Of a stretch of DNA of 64,000 nucleotides, positions 27,191-36,747 are shown in pieces. Both the position numbers and the translations under genes were made by a program. The stretch is taken from positions 1 to 64,000 of IMG/VR virus record IMGVR_UViG_3300020159_001932; one strand, written 5' to 3'. Numbering within the stretch: the first letter of the stretch is position 1; every line of letters starts with the position of its first letter. The notes beneath the pieces were generated by a model. The model saw nothing but the letters and a program-made list of their open reading frames with translations. It was not told the DNA's origin and did no database searches. The DNA is from a virus.

Positions 27191-27218
27191 AAAAAAATAG
27201 CCTCCGAAGAGGCTATTT
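27191..27218 (-). terminator. Intrinsic terminator with cUUCGg tetraloop
   Basis: Minus strand AAATAGCCTC-TTCG-GAGGCTATTT-TTTT, followed by TAAATA for terminase. Confidence 0.85.
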
Positions 27219-27233
27219 GGGGGTATTAGATTT

Positions 27234-28031
27234 TTACTTTAACCCTGCTAATTTAAGAATATCTGTTGTACTCTCGTCAACTTCTTTTTTGTCTTTCACA
27301 GCTTTCTTCATTGGCTCTTTCTTGTCGCCATCTTTGTCCATATCTAAGAAGTCTGGCTTTTTACCTTTAGCTTCAGCTAAATCTTCACCAATAAACTTTT
27401 TATACTCTGACATTAGTTGCTCTTCCATTGTAGCAAATGCTTTTGGCTGCTTGCCGTCATTGCGATCGCCAACACCAGGCTGTCCTGCTGGATCTTGATT
27501 TGCTTGGCCCATACCGTTTGCAGGAACTTCTGGAACATCGGTAGGTTCGGCTGGACTATTGTCGTATTCGCCTTCATCAGTTTTTTCTTCGTCGTCATCG
27601 CCTTCATCGTCATCGCTGTCGCCTTGGAAAGGTCCTAGCTCGCTGTCATCGCCTTCTGGCTCTGGATTTAATTTGTCTAAAACAGAACGCATAGAATCGC
27701 TTCCAGACATAGGTTCAGCAATCGCTGGGCCAACTGCCGACACTGGTTCTAATGATAAACTCATTGGAGGATGTTCAACTCCTAAATGATCTGGCTCAAC
27801 TTTATTAAGTCCTGCTAGTTGCATTATGTCTCGTAGCATACCTGTTAATTCAGATCCGCTATCAGCAGTCATGTTAATTGATGCCGGTGTATGATTTTGA
27901 CTCATGCTTGACATAGGCGACATTCCCATTCCGCATTCTTCTACTTGTTGATTTTCTTTAAGATGTTTAGTTATATTAGGATTATTAGCATCTAACTCAG
28001 CTAATCTTTTTAATACGTCGATCATGTGCAT
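27234..28031 (-). CDS. Acidic low-complexity protein, putative prohead core/scaffold-type
   Basis: 265 aa, D/E-rich, many xxE sites, internal IMQLAGL and terminal ILKLAGLK. Confidence 0.65.
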   Translation of the reverse strand: MHMIDVLKRLAELDANNPNITKHLKENQQVEECGMGMSPMSSMSQNHTPASINMTADSGSELTGMLRDIMQLAGLNKVEPDHLGVEHPPMSLSLEPVSAVGPAIAEPMSGSDSMRSVLDKLNPEPEGDDSELGPFQGDSDDDEGDDDEEKTDEGEYDNSPAEPTDVPEVPANGMGQANQDPAGQPGVGDRNDGKQPKAFATMEEQLMSEYKKFIGEDLAEAKGKKPDFLDMDKDGDKKEPMKKAVKDKKEVDESTTDILKLAGLK

Positions 28032-28033
28032 GA

Positions 28034-28633
28034 TTATTTCCTTAGGTCTTGTGCCTGAAACTTTAGAAGAGAAGTTTGTTTTTCTTCAGTATCAGTGTTA
28101 AATTTTGCTGCGCCATCTGTGGGAATTTCTTCTCCACGTGCCTTACGTTGCAGTTTCAAAATATCGTTTAATTCTTTAACAAAGCCGCTATTATAAGTAC
28201 TACCATAATAATCCTCAAATTGAGGATTACCTGCTTCTTTATAATCAGGGTCATTTAATAATGCACCATCGCGTGTGTTAGGATCAATATGTTGGTATTC
28301 TTCACTAGGTTCACTTGGACGACGAACAACTAATTTTTGTCTACTAACTTCTAATCCACTTGAAAGATATTCAGTTAGTTCTTGTTGCGTAGTAGGATAA
28401 TCTAATGTAACTTCATAGATATTAACTTCGCAGTTTTTAACTTGCGGAAAATCTAATGGAAGTTCTTGAATAGGAGTTGTTCCTACTTTTTTAAATGCAT
28501 TGACCTGAAAACGCTCAAGCATGGACTTTAATTTAGTCTCTTGTTCGGTAGAAAATGTTCCAGCAACTTTTACACGAAATTCGTATTTTTTAGTCTGGAT
28601 ATTTTCTGATAGGTATTCTTTGAAGTTTTTCAT
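28034..28633 (-). CDS. Putative head-associated protein
   Basis: N-terminus MKNFKEYLSE resembles T4 internal-protein capsid-targeting leaders; TAAATA 7 nt before ATG. Confidence 0.65.
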   Translation of the reverse strand: MKNFKEYLSENIQTKKYEFRVKVAGTFSTEQETKLKSMLERFQVNAFKKVGTTPIQELPLDFPQVKNCEVNIYEVTLDYPTTQQELTEYLSSGLEVSRQKLVVRRPSEPSEEYQHIDPNTRDGALLNDPDYKEAGNPQFEDYYGSTYNSGFVKELNDILKLQRKARGEEIPTDGAAKFNTDTEEKQTSLLKFQAQDLRK

Positions 28634-28639
28634 AGTATA

Positions 28640-29113
28640 TTATTTATTCAAATTCTTAAGTTTTTCAAGGATGCTATTACGATCTGTAAGTATATATCCT
28701 TCGCCTTCTACAGTGTCTCCGCTGTCTCCATGCTTTTTATCAATGGCTAATTTTTTAAGTTGCAAATCGACCATTTTTAATTTTTTATCAATTTTATTAG
28801 TTTTAGCAACAATTGCCGCATTCATCATTTGTGCGGCAACTTCAAACATTCTAGCACCATATCTTGCTTCAACATTCATACCTAAGTCCATTAGGTCGTC
28901 GTAGGCCTGCTCTGCTTTAATGGCTAATGCATCTAGCTCTGCATCACTAATATCTCCAAGCCCTTTTACCCGAGGTAGGGCCGCAGCAATTTTATCAAAT
29001 TCTTCTAGTTTTTCTTCTAGTGTAATTACAGGTTGCTCAGTAGGAGTTGCCGGAGAAACTAATAATTCTTCGTCGGGAGAAATGTTTAAAAGTTCTTCTA
29101 ATTTTTTTGTCAT
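28640..29113 (-). CDS. Putative terminase small subunit (gp16-like)
   Basis: 157 aa helical, ARMFEVA and DRNSILE.L-type motifs, near the large terminase. Confidence 0.5.
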   Translation of the reverse strand: MTKKLEELLNISPDEELLVSPATPTEQPVITLEEKLEEFDKIAAALPRVKGLGDISDAELDALAIKAEQAYDDLMDLGMNVEARYGARMFEVAAQMMNAAIVAKTNKIDKKLKMVDLQLKKLAIDKKHGDSGDTVEGEGYILTDRNSILEKLKNLNK

Positions 29114-29121
29114 GCTATTAC

Positions 29122-29565
29122 TTATCGCTTTTTTCCAGGATTATGAAAAATATCCGATTCATTAATAATTCTAAATTTTATTCCTTGATTCCTACACCAG
29201 ATATTTGCTGCTTCCCACTTGGCCATATTTTTAACATATTGTGCTTGGTTATAAGGATTTTTTCCTACTTTCTCTAATATTTGTTGATTGGCAGGCTTTA
29301 TTTCTATCATCTCAACATGTTTTTTTTGTGTTCTATCTATATAGGTTATTAAAAAATCTGGAACATATACCGTGTGTTTGCCTGTCAGCGGGTCTCTATA
29401 CGGTATTTTTACAGGCTCACTGGCCCATTGTTGCACACTAGGGTTGTTGTCGCAAAACATCATAAAGGTATGCTCCCACCCGCTTCTGTATGTTGGATTT
29501 TTAGTACCAACATACTTTTCAAAGTTTTTGATTTTGTATACACCTTTACTAAATTTTAAACTCAT
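29122..29565 (-). CDS. gp4: Head completion nuclease (T4 gp4 / TnsA-like)
   Basis: KYVG..PTYRSGWE, WASE...IPY, YVPDF, EIKP, KWEAA. Confidence 0.88.
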   Translation of the reverse strand: MSLKFSKGVYKIKNFEKYVGTKNPTYRSGWEHTFMMFCDNNPSVQQWASEPVKIPYRDPLTGKHTVYVPDFLITYIDRTQKKHVEMIEIKPANQQILEKVGKNPYNQAQYVKNMAKWEAANIWCRNQGIKFRIINESDIFHNPGKKR

Positions 29566-30791
29566 GGATATACTGTTGTATCGTTGGGATTTACAGACCC
29601 TGCACCTGTGGTTACATTATAGTTAATTGTTGCTATTCGATCACCAATTGATAATGCGCTGGTACTTTTTAGTGTAATAGATTTTAATGTAAGATTTAAA
29701 ACAGTTGACGTTGTGGCTGTAGGATTTTCAAAACCAAACCCTACTTGTTGTATAGCGCCACCTTCGTATAGTGTAATTTTTAATCCAACTGGTGTTGTTC
29801 CTACTGTACCAAACCACTGAGCCCTACAATCTATGATAATATTAGATGTAGAAGGAAACGCATTTTTATAATCGTTTATTTTAAATACACAGGATTCTCT
29901 GCCAGTTCCTGTATTATCACCACCCCAATCTAAAATATTTGGAATATAATCTCCTTGACCCCAGCCGGTGTAATCGTATGTATTGCCAGATGAGTTCTCA
30001 ATTGATGGTAAGGGTGGTTGCACTACCCTTACTCTTGTATCTAGATCATTGCCTGTATCAAACGTATACTCTATTACCATATAGTCTGCAACTGCAGAAA
30101 AGGATACATCATTAATAATGACAGAAGCCGATGCTAGCACAGGTCCATTAGTTGATCTTTTCCTTAATCTAAAAAATAATACTTCATTACCTTCAGTTAT
30201 TAAATCTTCTCTTATATCGACAATAACTGACGCTGAATTATTAAAAATAATAACTGTTCCAGATAAAATATTATCTTCAAAATCACCTCCACTAATTCCT
30301 GTTCCAGATAACGACCAATAAAAAAGAGTTCCATTGGCTACAGATTCAGTGGTAATTAAGAATGTTGTTTGTTGACCTTCGTTAACAATTTCTGTAGATG
30401 ATTCAACAGTATATATCGCCGATGTTCCTGCGCTTTCTGCTATATTTCTAGATACAGGTAAAAATGAGTTAGGTGCTGTTGATGAGCCTACGTAACTTGA
30501 TTTAAATCGATTAAAGTTTATTAATTCTGAAACAACAGTATTCAACTGTGTTCCGTCAAACTTTTTCATTGTGTCCAAAACTTCTAGAGGATTGTAATCA
30601 TCTAGAGTTGCCTGGCGTATTAAAGTAACAGCAATTGTTTCTGCACTGGACTTATCAAATCCCCGTTTTTCAAAAAACCCTTTCATTAGAGAAAATGTGT
30701 TGGCATCTAATTCTAAGGGCTGTGTAAATTGCCTATCGTAGATTTTTGATGGCGAGTTAGGAGCCTTACTAACAGGAAAGTTATTATACAT
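29562..30791 (-). CDS. Putative virion protein with Calx-beta/Ig-like domain
   Basis: Helical N-terminus, then VNEG....F...T...G..YW...G...DF...D..TEG.E...VIIND, then a DLDT-containing beta domain. Confidence 0.6.
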   Translation of the reverse strand: MYNNFPVSKAPNSPSKIYDRQFTQPLELDANTFSLMKGFFEKRGFDKSSAETIAVTLIRQATLDDYNPLEVLDTMKKFDGTQLNTVVSELINFNRFKSSYVGSSTAPNSFLPVSRNIAESAGTSAIYTVESSTEIVNEGQQTTFLITTESVANGTLFYWSLSGTGISGGDFEDNILSGTVIIFNNSASVIVDIREDLITEGNEVLFFRLRKRSTNGPVLASASVIINDVSFSAVADYMVIEYTFDTGNDLDTRVRVVQPPLPSIENSSGNTYDYTGWGQGDYIPNILDWGGDNTGTGRESCVFKINDYKNAFPSTSNIIIDCRAQWFGTVGTTPVGLKITLYEGGAIQQVGFGFENPTATTSTVLNLTLKSITLKSTSALSIGDRIATINYNVTTGAGSVNPNDTTVYP

Positions 30792-30792
30792 T

Positions 30793-31908
30793 TTATTTCT
30801 TTAAAACTAATCTAACAGGCCCGGCATTGATAACTGCTTTTCCGTGCAGGCCGCCCTTGCCATACCAAATACTTATACCGCCTATACCAAATCCGCCAGG
30901 CCTTCTTTGTCCTAGGCCAAATGTTCCTGATCCTAAGGGTCGAGGTCTAGCATACACTGGCGGCGGTCGACCTAATCCAAATGTTCCTTCACCTATAACT
31001 CCAGGAGAGCTGTATTGAGATTTTGCCTGTTCTGCAGATTTAGCTAGCTGACCCAGGCTTTGTCCTGCTGGTCGCGGACTTGGATAGTTTGGTCTAGGGT
31101 TTGAAGCAGGAGCCCATTTTGGTCCAAAAATTTCTTCTGGTCGTTGAATATTATTGGTACCACCAATCTTGTTAGGGCCTGCAAGATTATCATAATATTT
31201 TGCTTTAAAAACTGATGAAGTTCCTTCTTCCTCGATTACTCCTTGGTAATAAGTAACCTGATCGAATTGCACAGACATTTTATTTTGTAGTATTTTAGTA
31301 CCGTTAGACTGATCTAATTGATCGTGGTCCCATCCAGTAATGATAGGATTTGCCAAGGTTATTTGTGTAAATCTTCCTTGGTGTAGGACAAAAATGCTAA
31401 TACTTCTAAAAAAAGGATCTTTTTGTTTGTTATCTAAACCATATGAATTATCAGTACCTGAATATTTTGTGTCACTGAAATCTTTTTCTATCAATCCTTC
31501 GTTTCTAAATCTACCATCAGCGAAATAATAATTATAATAATTTTTCCAAAGACCGTTAGTTATTTCGCTGTTGTCATCGTGAAATACAATACTAACTGGA
31601 TCATAATTAATTTTAGTTTGTACATTAGTTTTTCTGTTGTACTGATTTATTGTTTCTGTTGTAATTTTAAACTTTGGTAAATCAACTGTTTTTGCCAATA
31701 ACCCTATATCAATATTCCCCTGACTGTTTAGCCAGTTAGGATCCTTTACTGCTAATGTATTGATATCAAAGGAAACAAAATAAAGGAAACCAAGTTTAGG
31801 CATCCTGGCCATACTACTTGTAAGGTATAACCCGGTAGCATGTGCATAACTTTTAAAAGATATACCCTTGCCTGAGTTTGATAAGAATTTATAAAAGGAG
31901 TCACTCAT
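30793..31908 (-). CDS. Tail-tube-like baseplate subunit (gp48/gp54-type)
   Basis: KTVDLPKF, QYNRK, YDPVSIVFHDD, NPIIT; directly downstream of the tail tube gene. Confidence 0.65.
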   Translation of the reverse strand: MSDSFYKFLSNSGKGISFKSYAHATGLYLTSSMARMPKLGFLYFVSFDINTLAVKDPNWLNSQGNIDIGLLAKTVDLPKFKITTETINQYNRKTNVQTKINYDPVSIVFHDDNSEITNGLWKNYYNYYFADGRFRNEGLIEKDFSDTKYSGTDNSYGLDNKQKDPFFRSISIFVLHQGRFTQITLANPIITGWDHDQLDQSNGTKILQNKMSVQFDQVTYYQGVIEEEGTSSVFKAKYYDNLAGPNKIGGTNNIQRPEEIFGPKWAPASNPRPNYPSPRPAGQSLGQLAKSAEQAKSQYSSPGVIGEGTFGLGRPPPVYARPRPLGSGTFGLGQRRPGGFGIGGISIWYGKGGLHGKAVINAGPVRLVLKK

Positions 31909-31925
31909 AGTATTATTTATGTCAT

Positions 31926-31955
31926 AAAAAAAGCCTGGGTAAACCAGGCTTTTTT
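31926..31955. terminator. Intrinsic terminator after tail tube gene
   Basis: A-tract-GCCTGG-GTAAA-CCAGGC-T-tract, symmetric. Confidence 0.85.
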
Positions 31956-31967
31956 GGGTGTAGTTAA

Positions 31968-32606
31968 TTAACCACCAATGGCTGTTGTTCCAACTGTTCT
32001 TCCTGTTGGTACTCCAAGGCCAATTAATCCGCCGTTGATTCCTACAGTTTGTAGAGCATTGTCGTAACAGATAGATAATTCAATTCCCATGGCTTCTGTG
32101 CTCTTGGCGTAGTCTCCGCCATCATATGTTACAGATTTAATCCAGCATCCTTGTACTTCAAATGTTTCTAAAGGAATGGGTTGATAAGCACCGTTACCGC
32201 CATCTAGTATCTCAATGAACATTGTAAATTTGTAATCTAGTCCAGACGCTGCACTTGCTTGTTCAAAGAAATCAAACTGCTTCTGCATTTGCTCGCCAAC
32301 TTTGTTTGTAACAAGGTTGGTCATATCGTCACGTAGTTTTAACTTGATGTCGTCAAACTTAGGTTTACCGGCTACTTTGACAACACTATTGTAAACATGT
32401 AATGAGATTTCTTCAAAACTTGGTTTTGGACGATCTACAGTCATAACTTGTTTTGTTAATTCTGTTGCTGGTGCTCCACCAATACCAAAGTCTACTAATA
32501 TCACACGGAATCTGTATGGTAGTTTTGGCATTAACAGACCCTGGTTGCTTGCGCTTTGATCTGTATCTAATGGAACTGAAAATCTTGTTAAACTTGCGAT
32601 TGGCAT
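31968..32606 (-). CDS. gp19: Tail tube protein (gp19-like)
   Basis: YRFRV, RP..SFEEI, K.AGK, L.LRDD, GCWI...YDNA; follows sheath; AAGGAG SD. Confidence 0.8.
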   Translation of the reverse strand: MPIASLTRFSVPLDTDQSASNQGLLMPKLPYRFRVILVDFGIGGAPATELTKQVMTVDRPKPSFEEISLHVYNSVVKVAGKPKFDDIKLKLRDDMTNLVTNKVGEQMQKQFDFFEQASAASGLDYKFTMFIEILDGGNGAYQPIPLETFEVQGCWIKSVTYDGGDYAKSTEAMGIELSICYDNALQTVGINGGLIGLGVPTGRTVGTTAIGG

Positions 32607-32641
32607 TTAATGCTCCTTATTCTTTAAATTAGCGTTCCACA

Positions 32642-35587
32642 TTATTGAGAAAGTGTGGCGATTTCGCCAGTGTTTAACAATCTTAATGGAATGTAGATAA
32701 ATTCTACAGCCTTTACTGGTTCGATAGCAATATCAATCCATAATTCACTGCGGTCAATTCTAGCCGGTGTATTATTTGAACTATCACATACAACCAAGAA
32801 ATCGTATAATGCACGTTGACTTACTAGTTCTGTTAGTAAAGAATCAACCGCTGCTTTAACTTCTGTTCTTGTTTGACTATCGTTAGGCTCAAACAAGTAT
32901 GGTTTTGCTAGTATTGCTAACTGTCTACGTAGGTATGATACCAAGCGACTTACGTTAATTCTATCTAAAGAACTTGCTGCTTGTGCTCGAGTATATTGAC
33001 CCATGTTAACTAGACCAACACCCGGTAATGTTGCGATAGGGTTAATTTTAACTCCTGCCATAACATCTCTTAGTCCTTGGTGCAGACTTGCAGTTCTGAA
33101 TATGCCTGAATTAGATTCAATATATCCTACGCTGCTTGCATTATCAATAGTACCACGACGTGTGCCTGCTGGTGCAAACCATAGATATGATTTGTTATCA
33201 CTGTTGATAATAGTACGCAACATCATATGACTTGGAGGCACAACAATTGCACTTCCTGTATTATCATTGGTGTAACCACTTGGATAGAACATTGCTAGAC
33301 TTGTACTGTAAGTTACTGCGGCTGTATCGTTGTTGTCAACAGCTAATGCGGTATTATTACCGTACTCGGACAATGCAGTTCCTGTGGCAGTAAGTCTAAA
33401 TGGGGTGTCACCAACGACTAAAGCAGTTTGCCCATTGTCGACGTTAAATTCAACCATGTTCTGAATTAATTCAGGATACCCAGGTGTTAGTACTAGGTTA
33501 AACACTAGTGTATCAGTATCGCGAATTGCTTGATTAGATGTTACTAGTTCTTTTAATCCTTTTGTTACAACACTGCGTTGTGCCATACGACCAAATTGTC
33601 CAACTTTTTCGTTGTCATTAGGGCTTAATGTTACCCAACGATCAGGGAAATAGTTAATCATTGACTCGTTGTTATATCGTTCGTTGTTAGCAGTTACATT
33701 AATATAACCTTTTACGTATCTCTTAACGTTGTTTCCACTGCGTCTTAGATTCCATAAACGTGTTCCACGAGGATATAGTTTTGGATCAGGACAATCAGGG
33801 TCAACATAATCGCTAACCATTAAGTCGGCAATATCTGACATTACTTCTGCTGTACTGGTAGTGGCCCAGCGAGCGTCTTCAAATACCCAACCGTCTGGAG
33901 TGTCGTGGTCGGTAACGTCTTGTAATACCCAACTACTGCCGTCGTAGACATATAGAGTTTTTCCATACATTTCTGGCTCAGATGTGCTTACCCAGATATC
34001 ACCATTAGCAAGTGAAGTTAATCCGTCTTGCTGTGTAGTAGGTTCGCTAGCACTAACAATTGGGCCTAGTGGGTCTGCAGAAGGAAATTGATTTCCATAG
34101 CCAATCCAGTTTGTTCCATCATTGTACATAATATCAACATCAAATTCTGTGTTGAACCAAACTTGTCCATCATCTGGGGCTGTAGTTGGCAATGTATTAT
34201 CTGCTTCGTAAACCAATGGTTTCCAATTTGATATAATCCAAGTTGAACCAACACCTTCGTACAAGTTTGCAATAGTTGGATGTAAAGAGCTCCAGTCTAA
34301 CCCTGTAGAGAATGGCTGGTTGTTAGTCTCGTCAATGAGAATTTCTCCACCAAGAGCGTGAGTGATTGTCAGTCTATTTAATGACGCACTCCACTCAGCA
34401 CTAACATGATTTAATCCTGCTGTAGAATTAATACCTGCGGCAATAAGTTGCCCTACAGGGATTGTAGTACTTGCAGTAAATGTTATACTGATCGGTGATC
34501 CCCATGCGCCAGAAGATAATGTTTCTTTTATTGTAAACGTAGAGTTTTGGTTATAAGCAGTTGCCTTTGACTGAGTTACAGATGTTGGGCTGTTTTTATA
34601 ACGTATGTGCAGTCTGTATTCTACTGTGTCATTTTCATCATAGTCGTATTCAACAAAAACTGACCCTAATGGTATAGCGCCGCCGCCTGTGCTAGAATCA
34701 AGACCAGCAATTGCGTGTTGTCTAGAAGCATACAAAGGCGCAGTCTTTTTATCCCAGTTACCTGTTGAAGCGTTATACATTCTAATATCCCAGCTAGAAC
34801 CTTTGCTAGGACTTGTTGTTTTAATCCATATACTACCTGTGCTAGCATTTAGACCAGCATTAGTATAATCTGGATAGTCATAGTGAGGAGATAATCTTAC
34901 TTTCTTGCCGCCATCAAACCCATCTGTTACTAATACCCAATCCCCGTTGGATTTTTTATAGTAAAGAGCATTTGGAATAGTATCTCCATTATCACTGGTA
35001 ACCACCATTGCATAGTCGCCGGGTTGAGCTGTGAACATCTGAGAAATAAAACTCGGTGCACCTACCCAGAATTCATCAACATTTGTATTATCGATAAGTT
35101 TTGGAGTTTTTACAGTAAATCTACCTGTGCTAGAATTCCATTCGTTAATACCAAATGTTGAACCATCTGTGTTTAACCAGTATGTTTTATCAACTGGGGT
35201 TCCTGCAGGAACCGAACCAGTGCCTGCAAGAGACGAAAGGTCTACATCAGCACGAACAACATATGCTTTAGAGCTTACTCCTAATGCACTATATGCGGCT
35301 TGAAGTCCGTATTCGTTTAGCTCGCCGCCATGTACTGGATTGCCTTCGGCATCTGTTTCAAAATACGGTGTACCAAATGTATCTGTTAGATCTCGCTGGC
35401 TGGTAATAACCCAAACTTTTCCAGCATTGGCTGCTGTTGTTCCTTGTGCTATGCCTGTACCAGCACCGTTTACTTTATCTTGTCCTGTTGCGACAAATAT
35501 CATTGGTACAGTACCTGCGCCTGCTGGAGTATAAAAACTCTCGTCGATTACTGTTACTGATACGCCTGGTGATTGTAATGTTGCCAT
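32642..35587 (-). CDS. gp18: Contractile tail sheath protein (gp18-like) with large insertion
   Basis: SPGVSVTVIDES, FG.P, WFAPAG..RG, INPI, DRINVSRL, FEPND, CD.SNNTP..ID, AVEFIYI. Confidence 0.93.
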   Translation of the reverse strand: MATLQSPGVSVTVIDESFYTPAGAGTVPMIFVATGQDKVNGAGTGIAQGTTAANAGKVWVITSQRDLTDTFGTPYFETDAEGNPVHGGELNEYGLQAAYSALGVSSKAYVVRADVDLSSLAGTGSVPAGTPVDKTYWLNTDGSTFGINEWNSSTGRFTVKTPKLIDNTNVDEFWVGAPSFISQMFTAQPGDYAMVVTSDNGDTIPNALYYKKSNGDWVLVTDGFDGGKKVRLSPHYDYPDYTNAGLNASTGSIWIKTTSPSKGSSWDIRMYNASTGNWDKKTAPLYASRQHAIAGLDSSTGGGAIPLGSVFVEYDYDENDTVEYRLHIRYKNSPTSVTQSKATAYNQNSTFTIKETLSSGAWGSPISITFTASTTIPVGQLIAAGINSTAGLNHVSAEWSASLNRLTITHALGGEILIDETNNQPFSTGLDWSSLHPTIANLYEGVGSTWIISNWKPLVYEADNTLPTTAPDDGQVWFNTEFDVDIMYNDGTNWIGYGNQFPSADPLGPIVSASEPTTQQDGLTSLANGDIWVSTSEPEMYGKTLYVYDGSSWVLQDVTDHDTPDGWVFEDARWATTSTAEVMSDIADLMVSDYVDPDCPDPKLYPRGTRLWNLRRSGNNVKRYVKGYINVTANNERYNNESMINYFPDRWVTLSPNDNEKVGQFGRMAQRSVVTKGLKELVTSNQAIRDTDTLVFNLVLTPGYPELIQNMVEFNVDNGQTALVVGDTPFRLTATGTALSEYGNNTALAVDNNDTAAVTYSTSLAMFYPSGYTNDNTGSAIVVPPSHMMLRTIINSDNKSYLWFAPAGTRRGTIDNASSVGYIESNSGIFRTASLHQGLRDVMAGVKINPIATLPGVGLVNMGQYTRAQAASSLDRINVSRLVSYLRRQLAILAKPYLFEPNDSQTRTEVKAAVDSLLTELVSQRALYDFLVVCDSSNNTPARIDRSELWIDIAIEPVKAVEFIYIPLRLLNTGEIATLSQ

Positions 35588-35619
35588 CTTAAAAACTCCT
35601 TGGTGGATTTACTTTGTTT

Positions 35620-35656
35620 TATTTAGCCAGTATGGTAAAAAAAACGGGGTTAAATA
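35620..35656. promoter_or_regulatory. Divergent late-type promoters (TAAATA)
   Basis: TAAATA on minus (35625-35620, toward sheath) and on plus (35651-35656). Confidence 0.6.
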
Positions 35657-35686
35657 CAAGGTGAAAAGGGCACAAAAAGGGCGGGT

Positions 35687-36022
35687 ATGAGAAAACTTTG
35701 TAAAAAATGTGTAGAAAGGCCAGTTGCCTTAAACTACTATAAAGAAAACAAACCTTATTATAGGTCTACATGCGATCATTGCTCTAGAGATAGACAGGAC
35801 GGAAACCCTCTTTGGGCGTTAGCAGGTTATAAGAAAAAATCTACCTGTGATAAATGCGGAGTTACATCAAAACATCCTGAAATATTCAATGTGTTTCACA
35901 TTGACGGTAATTTAACAAATTGTAGGTTTGCAAATCTTAAAACTATATGTGCTAATTGTCAACGTACATTACAGAAAGAAGGAGTTAAGTGGAAGCAAGG
36001 AGATTTGCTTCCAGATTTTTAA
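35687..36022 (+). CDS. Zn-finger/HNH-like protein
   Basis: Three CxxC pairs then VFHIDGN..N....NL..ICANC. Confidence 0.7.
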   Translation: MRKLCKKCVERPVALNYYKENKPYYRSTCDHCSRDRQDGNPLWALAGYKKKSTCDKCGVTSKHPEIFNVFHIDGNLTNCRFANLKTICANCQRTLQKEGVKWKQGDLLPDF

Positions 36023-36693
36023 GGCAAATCCAAGACAATCTTAACATCTTCGGTTAATTCTTGTGATGGCAGAAGATCTTTTATCTGTGCAAATAAATCA
36101 TCAATAGTCGAATCGTTGTAAACAGTATGATCAATGTTGCCACCAACCCAGGCGGTTTCGCTGGCGTGTATATTTAATTTTTCTATACGAGATTTACTAA
36201 TCAGCCAACTCATATTAGACTGTCCATCATTCATATTAACAGCATCGTTATACCATTCTGGATCAACTCCGCGTTTAATTCTAACAACTAGGCCGCCGGC
36301 ATTATGAATGGCTTTAATTTCGTTAGGAAAACGCACATCGCTGATAACAATATTATCTTTAGTTTTACGTATCTTATTTTCTAAGCTAGCAATCCAAATA
36401 TCATCATGAAACCCACTACGGCAAACTTCGGTTCCCCATAATTGTAACATTAACCGAGGAGTAAGATTGGGCATATCTAATCGGTTTGCCCACCATTCAT
36501 CAACTTGTTCTCTCCAGGCTCTTGCTTCTGCGGTGCGGCCTTCGAGTAACGTTCTATCCCAACCAAAAACATGAGATACAGCGTCTTTCAAAGTATTTGC
36601 AAATGAATCTCTACGGAAACCGTGAAAGTTAACCAAATAATCTGCGGCAGTATCTTTGCCTGAACCAATGAACCCAACAAAACCAATTATCAT
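36019..36693 (-). CDS. gp1: Deoxynucleoside monophosphate kinase (T4 gp1-like)
   Basis: GFIGSGKDT, SFA..LKD, TPR..LQ..GTE..R, ISDVRFPNE, HASE. Confidence 0.92.
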   Translation of the reverse strand: MIIGFVGFIGSGKDTAADYLVNFHGFRRDSFANTLKDAVSHVFGWDRTLLEGRTAEARAWREQVDEWWANRLDMPNLTPRLMLQLWGTEVCRSGFHDDIWIASLENKIRKTKDNIVISDVRFPNEIKAIHNAGGLVVRIKRGVDPEWYNDAVNMNDGQSNMSWLISKSRIEKLNIHASETAWVGGNIDHTVYNDSTIDDLFAQIKDLLPSQELTEDVKIVLDLP

Positions 36694-36718
36694 AGTAACC
36701 TCGTAGATGATAAACTAT

Positions 36719-36747
36719 AATTTATAGTACTTGTATTAATTTGTCAA
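36719..36747 (-). promoter_or_regulatory. Possible sigma70-type promoter for dNMP kinase
   Basis: TTGACA (36747-36742), 17 nt, TAAATT. Confidence 0.5.

Noticed and set aside
35687-36022. HNH-like gene as a mobile homing endonuclease or intron
   Set aside because: It is free-standing, neither neighbour is interrupted, the final His position is Gln, and no intron structure is evident.
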